From the NCBI GenBank assembly GCA_040954595.2, contig CM082591.2, positions 3,028,259 through 3,092,258 of the forward strand: a DNA stretch of 64,000 bases, in the 5' to 3' direction. The notes beneath the pieces were generated by a model. It did not search any database and was not told the DNA's origin. It was given only the letters and a program-made list of their open reading frames with translations. Shown here in pieces: positions 13,224 through 25,343 of this stretch (positions are counted from its first letter, which is position 1; every line of letters begins with the position of its first letter). Position numbers and translations under genes: made by a program. Origin of the DNA: Balanoglossus misakiensis. Its lineage: Eukaryota; Animalia; Hemichordata.

Positions 13224-14690
13224 ACTACAGTTAATTTCATATCCCCTATAGTTGGTCTTTAGCATGTTTTACATAAATAGATGCACATGTAAAATAAATA
13301 CACGGCATGAAAGGACAGTATAAATAAAGCTACAAACCGATGAGAAATCACACAAAAAATATGAAAGAGCAAAAAAATCAATAAGCTGTCAGAACTGTTT
13401 GATGGTACACGATTGATAGATCGTGCTAGGTGGACTTACCGATACGGATGTATTAAAGCGACGGTCGAAGACCAACTTCCTCTTGAGTTATTAGATGGGG
13501 ATATTTGGTCTTCTTTGTGAAGGGATGGTGATGTGCCCGAGTTGCAAATGTTAGCAGCGGACACACTTGGATGGTGCAACTGACTGTACATGTGTGCCAA
13601 CAATATCACCATCAGCTGTGAATGTCGATGAAATTTATTGTCGTTGTATTGTAATTGTGGTCGACCAATCAGCTTACGGCAATCTGCTTGTAAACCAGCA
13701 TATGTAATTGGGGTTAAAGGTCAGGTCTCCGGATATACGTGTACTTTTTAAAATTTCAAACGCTTGTGCTTCGTGAACAGTGCTATATGATGCCCGGTGC
13801 AGTAAAATTTCTAATCATTGCAAGTTTTAAAAGGCGTTATGTAAATTGGGTTTACTGGGCTCACTCGCCATGAGCTCGGCTTAGTTTTTGTATCTTTGCA
13901 AAATATCCACCATTACATTTTCACTGTCACCATTGGTGGCGTTGTCCAATTTACGCTTCTTTCGTTTTCATTGTAAAACATGCATAAATGTAACAACCTT
14001 TATAATCTGTAGAGGGCGCCATTATTAGGTTAAAATTGGGAAAACAAACCACTACTACGCTGTTATTCGTGACAATATCCTTTTACAAATGCTATCATAC
14101 CTATGGCTAAATCTATATAAAATTCTAGTTTATTATGATTAATTCATTCATTTATGGATAAGTTCTATTTCAAGCGATGGTAACTTGTTGACACTGGTGT
14201 TTAAACAGAAATGTTTGCGATAAACCATACTGCAAATATTTTCATTGGCTTCTGTATGTTGAATACTCCATGAGGTATTTCTGGCAGCAAAAGTGGTTAT
14301 AGAAATGTCTCATACTGGCAACATATGATGCGACGTTGACGACCTACAATATCTCTCACTTAGCAGGTTTTATATTTGGCGTGTTTGGTTTGCAGATGCG
14401 ATTACGAAATGAATGAGCCAAGAATGAGAATCCCATGTTTTATTGACAGTTTCTCCGACAGCTGTGAGTACAGCGTCCATATGTGTGTCTAAAATACATT
14501 TTGGTTGCCTGGAGTCCATATTAGATGATGCCTAGATAATCTGGGAAAGGGAAAGGGAAAAGTCGTGTACCTGATAGGGTAGTGATGGTGGTGGTGGTGG
14601 TGGTACTCGAATTTTTCTTAAAATGTTAGTGCGAAACATCAATTTTGTAATTTCAGGAGACTCTGGTTGCAGTAATACTGCTTGTGGCCG

Positions 14691-15689
14691 TCAAAGTCTA
14701 TCATTTGTGATGAGTTGACCTTTCATCATGTCGTGTCGTTTCCTAATAAATTCATAAAATTCATACTCCAAACTCATTCGCCCTCTCATGATCTCTTTTA
14801 CGGTATCTGAGGGTTCCCTTTTCCCGAGAGTTTTGAAGGTGTCAATGATCCCACTTTCCAGAACTCGCTGATATGCTTTCCAGGCTCCGTCAAAAAACTG
14901 CGGCATCACTCTTTCCAGGATGTGAATGGACGCGCGCAGGTCCTCGAGAATGCCAACGTAGACAAAATACTTGGCGACATTGCGTTTGGCGTTCTCAAGC
15001 GCCCATTTGGTAGGCGACAAGCACCTGGCGTCTTGGCCGCAGAAGTGTGGTATGCTCACGAAGGTGGCTTCAACGGTGCACTCGGGCTTATTTTCCAGCA
15101 CACATTCATCGAACGTCAGGTTCAGTTTCGCGCCAGCCATATGTGTAAGCGGCACGCCCTGCCTGTCGCCGAACCGGATGTAGTAGAACAGCGACACAGC
15201 GCGATCCAGTGGGTCACGAATGAGATTCATCCAAGATGGCGCCTCCCGACCCAAGTTATCCAGGACCACAAAATCCAGATGTCTGTCGTACAGAAACGGT
15301 GCCTTGTACTTTGTCAGTTCCTGTCCAAACTCTACACGTTCCCGCGGGTCCAGACGTCGCCAGTTGTAAAAAGAACTGGCAATGTGGGAAAAATCATTTT
15401 TGTTCGACAGGATATTCACCGCCCTCAGAAGCGAACGACTGCCGCATTTCCCAACTCTGTTGAACACGAGTCTAGAAATGTTTCGCGTGGCCGTGAGGTT
15501 AACCGGAAGTCCCATCGATGCACTCACTTGCTGACTTTGGTCGTTGTTACTGTCCGAAGAATGCACATCATATGAGCCGGTTTTGATTGGAATAGAATCC
15601 ATCGTCCAGGCAATGTTTGCACAATTATATTGATGCAAAACCAGAAGAATTGTCAGGGCGACAGATGATGTAATTAGTGTTATTTTCAT
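14691..15689 (-). CDS. Uronyl 2-O-sulfotransferase-like, copy 4; single coding exon, ~332 aa (start MKITLITSS)
   Basis: Has the motifs FNRVGKCGSRS, NLIRDPLDRAVS, RFGD, PHFCGQ and EYEFY. The ORF-track start at 15839 runs through an acceptor (aatttttcag near 15760), so the ATG at 15689, just before the TM anchor, is more likely. Confidence 0.88.
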   Translation of the reverse strand: MKITLITSSVALTILLVLHQYNCANIAWTMDSIPIKTGSYDVHSSDSNNDQSQQVSASMGLPVNLTATRNISRLVFNRVGKCGSRSLLRAVNILSNKNDFSHIASSFYNWRRLDPRERVEFGQELTKYKAPFLYDRHLDFVVLDNLGREAPSWMNLIRDPLDRAVSLFYYIRFGDRQGVPLTHMAGAKLNLTFDECVLENKPECTVEATFVSIPHFCGQDARCLSPTKWALENAKRNVAKYFVYVGILEDLRASIHILERVMPQFFDGAWKAYQRVLESGIIDTFKTLGKREPSDTVKEIMRGRMSLEYEFYEFIRKRHDMMKGQLITNDRL

Positions 15690-18367
15690 TATCGAAGTGT
15701 TATCAACGTTGACGTGGACAGTCCCTTTGAAACTTCTATATATCTTCAGTAGCCAAACCTGAAAAATTACCATAAGATGTCGGATCTCAGCTGAATGTTC
15801 AAATTCTGGAAACCTGACATTACAGGATACAAGCAACAACCCACGCCTGGCGCCTTAGATGTCTTTATGTTTAAATTTATCGGAGTATTAATATTATTAG
15901 TTAGTTATAAGTAGCGTTCGTGTTTTAGACAGGTTGCTATATACATTTGTATAATCATGCTTGATGCATGTGTAGTAAATCTCAATGTAAACTTTACGAG
16001 AATAATTGTGAGTTTTGCTGTACTTAAAATGACACATGGAAATTCTCCTTAGTTTTTACAATACTTTAGTCTTATACTTAGGCAATGTGCCTAATAACAC
16101 ATCCCCACAAACAAAAACAGGGACACCGCAAAACGATAAATATACAGATTATAAAGGTCTCAAATTAAATTTAAAACAATATTATTATAGAGACATAGAA
16201 AACACGTTGTCCTGCAGGGTCTATGATTTATGTCTCAAATTAATCCGTAATTCCAATATGAAAAAAAAACTGACTAAAGTGGCAGAAAAATACGAGCAGT
16301 AGTCACAAATGTTAAACGAAAAAACAGGTGTTCGCCCCATATCTGCGAGAGGCAAGGTGCCTTTTTCAAGGCAGTATGAACATATCATTCAAAAGCAATA
16401 AGATGTAGTCCAGACATGCCAGCCAGCGGAGTGGTTTCGTGTAGGGTGTCTGAAACACTACTTAGGCGTCAGGGCTAATTACTCATGATACATGCAGTTA
16501 TTCCTGCGCAATCTGAATCGGAAATATTTCGCTTACCTTTCCTCTCGTTCCATGCAAATGCATAGATTCGTCACTGCATGTGTGTGGTGGCGAACAGCGT
16601 TGACTGAAACTCGGCTATACGGAGTTGTGAAAGAAGTGGTACGCTGGAACTGTTTATAAGTCCAACTGAACTAGGATGTCCGATGCGAGGACATCCGGGT
16701 ATTCTTGTTGACCAATACACTCCACCACAGCTGCTGGACACGCCGTTCTGAATTATTGGTAACCTGTCAAAGCCGATTACTGATGTAATTTTTGAAAAGA
16801 TATCTTTCCACATACTCTTAAATGGAAAAAAATCGATTAAATGTTGAAAATCGTTCGTCCTGATTGATATTATATAAAAGATATAAAACAGCGTATATTG
16901 AACTGTCTATAGGGTTAATAAAAATCCAATTCGGTTCACAATTCAGTATCACAGACGCTCATTTGAATAATCAATTCAGGATATCAAATAAAATAGTAAC
17001 TTTCATAGTTTTTCATCACGGATATATATTTGTGACGTATATTTAATTTCCTGTTGTTAATGACCCAAATATTTGACATGGGAATTACTGAAAGATGTTC
17101 TTTAACGCGGGTACACGCCTAACAATTGGTTATAGTATTGTAATTACGGAAGTCCTAGCTAAATATATAAGCAAAATATAACAGATGTGTATATAAGTTT
17201 ATTTATACTTTATTTGACAAATGTGTCATTCCCTGAATTTTACGATGACATGAAACATCCTCGGCTATAAAATTTGGTTCTGCCTGTCGATTCTCAGTAT
17301 TTCCGGAAATTAATTGGATTTTTCAAAGAATTCAATGTACGTTATTCGTTTGTGTCCAGGATTATCTGTAATTAAAATTCCGCGACGGCGTTACTATGAA
17401 GGATTGAGCAAACAGTGGCGAAATCACGAGATTTTGACACTCTTTGTGAGCTCTTACACACATTCCATAGTTCCATCCCATCCCATCCACCCAACCAACT
17501 ACCAATCCAAAACGACTCCTGGCGTTTGATTCAAACACAAAATAGCAGTACGTCCCATCAGTTCAAACAATATTTAATGACAAATATATTTAATTTCTAC
17601 AGATTGCAGAAACTTTTTAAGCGGAAAAACGTTGAAAAACCATCACACTTGTAAAATTACAATTATTGGTAAATATTCAGACGCAGGAGCTATATTTGAA
17701 TAATTGTTTCCTTTCTTCAAAAATTCAAGAAATAAAACCGTCCGTATCTCTTCTAGTACTTAATCATTTTCATTAATTTTGCCTGCTTAAAAATCAATCT
17801 CTCAGATTGTATTCAAAAATACAGTAGTATCATTCATCTAACTATTAAAAAATCACTATACATAATTGTATGTAAGAATTTCGTGTTTTTGTAAGTAAAT
17901 GTCGAGTAAAATTGGAAATGAGTTTGCTGTAAAAATTCACAATGCTTTAGCTTTTGCCAATTTGTGAGACTTTGTGATCCGTCTGGTGGCGGCACATTCT
18001 CGTGTCAAAGTCCACGGAATTTGTGTTTCTGTTAATTAACGACTTCAGAGTGGTGACGTCACGTCCGGTGGTCGAAATACTCCGTTAACGCATTTGAATA
18101 ACCTGGCTTTATTTTGCTCGCACCAAAGAAAACAAAAATGGTGGATTGTCTATATGTACTGCGTAGCTGCTCACCCAAAAGTTCACACGCATTTCATAGT
18201 GTTTGAGTATTGTGGTCCCTTCAACCACTGATCAACTTTCAGCATTTTAAAATTAATCTTGTGGGTTTCTACTTGCCAGAAACATTAACACACATGGGAA
18301 TTGTTGCCCTTACTTGCTGGACTCGGCACTAACATTGTGGCCAATGGGAAATGAATTACTGTTTTGC

Positions 18368-20997
18368 CTATTGGATGACACACTCCTTTCCACCATGTTC
18401 TTGTAACAATTGCACGACATTGCTGTGTTTGTTCTTGCCGGCCAATCGCAGTGGAGTATCATACATTCTGTCTTTAAGATTGACGTCAGCTCCATTGTCC
18501 AGCAGCAGCTTGACGACGTCATAGTGCCCTCTCTCGGCAGCGTAGTGCAGAGGCGATTTCAAGACGTCGTTCACTTGGTTGACGTCCGCCTTGTTCTTGA
18601 TCAGGATTCTGACGACTTTGAGGCGCCCGCTGTCGGCGGCCGCGTGCAGAGGCGACCAGCCTTGGAAGTCCTTTGCATTGACCGTCGAACCCTTGAGAAG
18701 CAGGAGCTCGACGACGCTGAGATGTCCATTGGCCGCGGCTCGGTGGAGGGGTCTGTCTGTGAGTGGCTCGTCGTAGGCGGCGCCTTTGTTAATCAGAAAC
18801 TCGCAAGCTTCTGTGTGGCCCTCTGTGGCGGCAAAATGAAGAGGTGTGAGCTCCCAGTCGTTCTGGAAAACGAGCTGGTTGATATGACTCGTTTTCTGCA
18901 AGAGTGAGTTCAGAACCACGACGTCGCCATTTATAGCTGCACAATGCAGAGGTGACAATTTACAAGCTGGATACTCCAAAATTACATTATTTTCCAGAAG
19001 AACATCCACCACGTCTCCATGGCCGAATGCGCACGCAGCATGTAATGGCGACAGCCTCGTTCTGAACTCTTCATCCTCGTTCCCAACGATGTCCAGCGTG
19101 GCACCTTTATCCACGAGATACTGCACTACTTCAGTGAAGCCGTTCGCACTTGCAAAGAGTACAGGCGTGTCGTTGTCCTTTGTTTTTGCGTTGATGTCAG
19201 CTGAGTGCTCCACCAAGAACTTCACCATTTCCAGGTTTCCTTTCATCGAAGCGAAATGGAGGGGCGTTTCGTTCACCTTGTTCCTCGCATCGATAGCTGC
19301 ACCTTTAGCCTGTAGCAATTTCATGATATCCAGCTGTTCCTTCTCGGCTGACACGTGGAGTACACTGTCGCCGGTCTTCTCCGTCGATGTGATGTCAGCA
19401 CCGTGGCGGAGTAGCACTTCGCAGATCTCATAGTTTCCGTTGACTATGGCCATGTGCAGCGGCATGGACCCGTGGATGTTTGGAACATTCACGAACGCTC
19501 CCCTCATGAGCAAGCGCTCTATGATCTTCACGTGTCCCTTCCACGCGGCGTAGTGGAGTGGAGTCGACTTGTATCTGTTGAGGACATCCACCTTTGCGCC
19601 TGCGTCCAGCAACTCGACAACTGCGTTCAGATGTCCTTTGTTTGAGGCGTGGTGGAGAGCTGTGGCCTCGTCAATGTCCACTGCTTCCAAGAGTGATGGC
19701 TCCCGGCGGAACAGCACAGCCATGAGATGCGGCTGGCCATACTCAGCAGCAAAGTGCAGGAGCGTGTGTTTCTTATCAGAAACTGCCTTGATGTCGGCAC
19801 CCTTGTTTATAAGGAACTCCATGATTGGCTGATGTCCGTGCTGGCAGGCAAAGTGTAACGGTACACAGTCATTCTCGTTGCGGGCGTTCATGTTGGCACC
19901 CTTGCTGACAAGAAACTTCACGATCGGAAGGTGTCCAGAAGAGCACGCAACATGAAGTGGCGCGTTCCCATCTGCCCCAGAGCAGTTGACTGTCCCGTTG
20001 TTATGGATTAGAAGCTCGATGAACTCCTTGTGTCCGTTCTGTGCGGCGTAGTGGACTGATGTGTACACTTTTCCGTTGCCAAGGTCGGGAATAGCGCCCT
20101 CGCTCAGCAGATATTTCCCGACAGCCAGCCGTCCTCCGTCGGCTGCATAATGGAGTGGGGTGTTGCCGTCCAGCGAAGCCGTGTTCACCTCAACTCCTTT
20201 CTGTATGATACGCTTGACAACATCCAGGTTTCCTCTGTGGGAGGCAAAGTGAAGCGCGTTCTCGCCTTTCTTGTTGGTGACGTTCATGTTTGCCCCCTTC
20301 TCGAGGAGCAGGTCAAATGCCTCAAGGCTTCCGAAGTCAGCAGCCCCATGGACAGCCGTCTCCCCATTATCATCGGCCGAATCGATGTCGATATCGGGAA
20401 AGTTCTCCAGTAAATACTTCACCATTTCCGAGTAGCCCCACCTAGCAGCCATGGACAGCAGACTGACCCCACGTTTTGTGAAGATCTTCCAGTCAGCGCC
20501 CTGCTCGATCAGGACCTTCAGGGCTTCGAAGTTCCCAGCAGCACAGGCAACGTGGACTGGGGTCTCCCCAAGCTTGCCCTGCACGTTCACGTTAAATGTC
20601 TCCTCGCAGAGTTTCAGAATGTCTTTCAGGTTTCCCGCCTTGGCTGCTTTGTGCAACGGCGTCTCCCCCTTGTCTGCCTCTCCCGCCTCCTGCATGAGCT
20701 GAATGGCCGCGAAGGATTTCACTTTCTTGGCAATCTCTATCGCCGTCAGACCGTGATGGTCGCTCGATTCGTTCTCCACTGTCATTGCACACAGCTTCTT
20801 GAAATCAGGAGTCCTGTGGAAGAGCCCACCCATGACCCGAATCTGTCCGTGAATGATCGACTTGTGAAGAAGGGAGTATCCATTTTGCTGGGCGAATGTG
20901 TTGACTGTTTTCGTCAACTCCAGTGCTGTCTTCCTGTCGTCTGTCTCAAGGAGTTGAAAGAGGCGCTCCTCTGGCGTGAGGTTGTCCGTTATCGAAT
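18368..20997 (-). CDS. Long ankyrin-repeat protein (about 23 repeats) with C-terminal CaaX (CVIQ); main coding exon, 5' exon not located
   Basis: Repeated G.TPLH.AA..G...V..LL..GA units span nearly the whole protein. A phase-1 acceptor (ttgttgtttgtag|AT) at 20997 suggests the ORF-track start MSLLFV is intronic. The protein ends KECVIQ*. Confidence 0.88.
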
Positions 20998-23900
20998 CTA
21001 CAAACAACAACGACAAAAATTCATATCATTAGTAAACACAATCATTATCATGTACAACTTACAAAGGCAGTGGTCCTTTTAAGCTTTATTTAAAAGCATA
21101 ATTTTTGTTAAAAATTTAAAAAGACACCTGAGTAAAAGAGTATATGAAAAGAAGTCTGGATGACAGCGCCATCAACGGGACATTCCTATATCCGGCCCTT
21201 GCCTTTGTTTGTGTCAGGCTACCAATGAATGTCAACAGAGGCCTAGGGCTTCCCTTTGCAAACACATATTGAGCAGTATTGTATAGTCGGTTATTCATTG
21301 ATTTGACTGTCGGCCGAAGTGGTAGATTGACCAAACCACAACGACATCGTGAATAAATCATTGACGTGTTGGAACGTTATGACGTCATTGAAAAATTAAA
21401 AGATAACAGAGTTCACCTCTCCTTAAAAAAAAGAAATTGTAGTTCACCCATACTGGCGAGAAATTATGTATAGGCAGCCATTTTTATTTTTAAGACATGG
21501 GAATTTTGAAGTTAGTAAGTAGTTAGGTCTCTTCCATTGACCTTTACCACTCCCCCTGAAAAAATATGAACGTTATTTTCGTAGAATTCACAGAGAAGCA
21601 AATGTACAGCCTTTTTCCTCAGGGGCAGAACACCGCAGCCTGTTTGTGACATCTCTATCTTTTACCGATATTTACACAATCTCATATCCTATGAATCATT
21701 CCCTGGTGCCATGGCAACGATGATATCGCGTCTGGGGTGAGGCGAGGACAGGATCTGATTTTTAAAGATTGGAATTTACAACACAAATCTTAATCTGGCT
21801 CTCGAATCATACTCAAGCGCTCTTTGCTTGAAATAACGTTTTAAAATTTACAAGCTGTAATTTTTTATCTTCAAGGATCAATATGTCGCCTCAAACCTGT
21901 GTCGGTCATTTAAATACAGTCTCTGCTACACTCGTTTCAAGGTCGGGACAAGATAGCTTGGGTCATCGGATCACCTGCCAAATTGATATTAGAAAGAACA
22001 TCTAAGTGCCTGTCTGGCTAAGAGCTAACGCTGGGGAAAAGGCATAGCGACAAAATGTTGATGAGATGAAAACAAGATTATGGGAGGCCATCTTTCTTGT
22101 CTTGTGAGGTTACAGAAGGTTTGTTGTCCTGAGAGCAACCTCGTGGGAATTTTATAGCTCTGCCAGTCCTTGAGTTGATGGCGAGTTCATTTGTCTTAGT
22201 CGCCTCAACCACAACTCCGCATTTGTCGTCATGTGCGCCAATTTGGCCACAGTGCTCGAAATTTAGGGCGTGTAGAAGTATAAACCGATGTATTGGTGCA
22301 AGATGTGTTTTCCATTCCATTGAAAATGTGTACCAAGTTGCATAATATTATGTAAGGCTGCAAACATTGAAAATGGTGGTCACCTCTTCATGTTTCTATT
22401 CTAACTTATGTGGTTACTATTTTTAGAACCGTGACTTTTTTGTTCGATTTTCTGATCCAAACATCATGGATATGCACTGTTGCTATCTTACATGTAGGTA
22501 TAGGTACACGACTGATGGGCTGCTTAGCATGGCAGGTATTGGACTTGATAGGCCTATGCCAGTAGAGACAAAACTGACCATATGCGTACCAGCTGAACGT
22601 GTCCCATTCGGGCAATATTTCATTGTCACATGGGAAACACGCCAGCATAATATAGTAGGTGAGACCGAAATAGTCAGTGCTTAGGTTAATGTAATCACCG
22701 ATGGTACTCTGGTCCACACAATAGTTGTCGCGTCATCGCTTTCAGTTGTAAATGAACATGTATTCATTAACGTTCCTGTCTTTGTTTGGGTCAACATCAC
22801 TGCTAACAGTTTGCAGTGGCCCATATTGCTTTTTGTCGTTTCACACGTGGGCGGGTCAACGGGTCGGGGTGTATTGTGCGTCGTGGTTCTTGCAAAACAC
22901 GACGAAAGCAAACGCATTTCAAAGGAATTGGAGCAAGTATTCTAGCACGTCTGTCGAGTTTGTTCTTAAAAATGGCATTAATCATTTTTATCGCAGAAAA
23001 TACCTGTATTTGACAACTTGCTTTGGTCAGTACATAGAGTACCATGTGGTCTCATTCACACTTATGGTCAATTCTCTCAGCGCCCGCTGTGCTTAGCCTG
23101 AACGCCTATTTACATGTCATTTGTTTTAAAATGGCGACTGTCCTATTTAATGTCTGTATCTTCTTTTAATATCCGGACACAACTCACGCTTGAAATTTAA
23201 ACAAAAATTGCCCATAAAACACCCTAATTTAACCATTGGCTGTCAGAAGCCCTATAGGTTAGACTAGTGTTAATATTGGCCCTGAAGTTGGGGGCTTCGT
23301 ATACTAATTTGCGGGTCTGTATTTCCGCAATATGGACTGTTTGGCGACATGGTGGTTTTGTGTGACATCATAGTACGTTGGTGTCTGTGGTTCAGCCATA
23401 CTATAGAGGGACTGTGGTTAAGCGAAGGTTAATATTTAGCCTCAGACTGAACCGCGGTTCTATCAAGCCCACCCCACCCCTCTCGACTCTGTATATCAGA
23501 CATACTGTAGGCCGATCAGTCTAACACCATGTCGTTCACGTACAATGGGTGATTCTTTGCGTGTAAGTACACGCTTGGGCCAACGAGATACCTATCGTCA
23601 CAGTGCTGTCTATATTAACAGCTTTTAATACGCGACTGTGTTATCGTTTGCTTAACGGTACTCCGTCCCTGACACACATACACCTGTCACGACGCTTAAT
23701 AGCAAACAAACAGTGCAAAAAATTTAAGCCAACAGCCGTGCGATAGGACGCACCTAACTATCAGCCAGTGGTACGACTATTATGTATACCTGTTAAACAA
23801 CATACTCGCATACACTTCCACAAAATAACACCCACATACGTCACTATTAATAGTCCTACCTGGCACCGTCATGTTGTAATCGCGTTCTCCTCTCCCGACA

Positions 23901-25343
23901 GTTTCACAAAATCTGCCTGTCTTTCGCTACCCCTCGATCGTGTATCAGCAGTTCTGTGACCTCCCCAACCCTGATCACATGACATTATGTTTAGCTATAG
24001 CTATCGGCGTTCTGTTCGAAGGGCGTGCGGTCACACCTCTTTCCTTGCGCACGCGCAGTGCTCCAGGCAAACATACCGATTCCAACAAGTGGTTGGTTAG
24101 GGATATAGACACGGTTATGCCCACATTTCATTCATTAATTATCTTAAAATATCGCCATCATTCCGCGTTTTTAAGCCAAAGTATGTTCGACATGCGGTTG
24201 ACATATTCACCATAAAGGACAAACACTAAATGATTTAATTTTTCTTTATTCAACATTATTTACTTACAGAATTGTATTTATTTTACGAAAGTTGTGACTT
24301 TATCTAAACAGATACGTTACATTGTTTGCATATGTATTATTAATCCTAATGTACCCGGGTGTTTACAAATCCTTTGGTGTCATCGTCATGACGTAGTGAC
24401 GTCATACCGCGTCTTACTTGAGTCACGTCTTCTCTCAAAAACATGACGTCATTATCTGCTTTTAGCGATGACTTTGGTTTGGTAGGACATGGAATGCACA
24501 TGAACGTGTGAGCATCAACATGTGTATAAAAGTTCGTGAGATGTAAAGGCGTGTCATAGTGTCTAATGACCACGTGGTAGCGCACTTTCTCGATTGGCCA
24601 GTTCTTAAAGTCCCACGAAACTGTGGATAAATGTGCATAGGTGACTGTACATACTATTTCAGACATCATCTGATTTGAAATCGGATTTCACGGAAATCAT
24701 AATCGTCTCTGGGATGTTCGCGTTTAACAGAAAGTAATAAACTTGTCAGTGACTGGAATGTTTTGAAGTGAGTAATACTGGGTTTTAAACAGAAAAAATA
24801 ATGATGGATACAACGTAACAATACAGCCGAAAACTGGCCTCATTAAACATCCATCCACAATGTTCTATAATTTTCTATTGTTTTGGATTAATGGTAGGAT
24901 GCTTATTTCACTTAAACGAGTGTGATTAGATAAAATATTTGCTTGCGGATCTCGATATTAAAGCACAGTAAACCTTAACATTAATTATCAACTGCGCGCA
25001 ATTACTCTTTAAAATGGATGGAAATGTGTCAGTTAATCTTGACAACGACATTTGTTAATTCCATTAAATTACGGCGTTACTACGATACGCATTGTTGATT
25101 TAACGATGGTGATCAGGAAAGATAGATGAGCTGATGGGTTAAAAAATGTCATATGTCGAGTTCGTTTTAATATCCGATCAATTTTCGAACTATGAACCAT
25201 ACGCTAATCTGCACCAGGAAACAAATGTCACACGTACGCGTACTGGAAACGAGATGTTCGTTTATCAAATTTATTCGATGGGCTTATGTCTGAACAATCG
25301 AGGATTTGAATATTGTTGTGACAACAGGTGGAACAGACAGATT

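Noticed and set aside
21441-21455. ATGG|gtgaac as the missing first exon of ankyrin gene 1
   Set aside because: The phase fits, but the donor is weak and it cannot be confirmed without transcripts.
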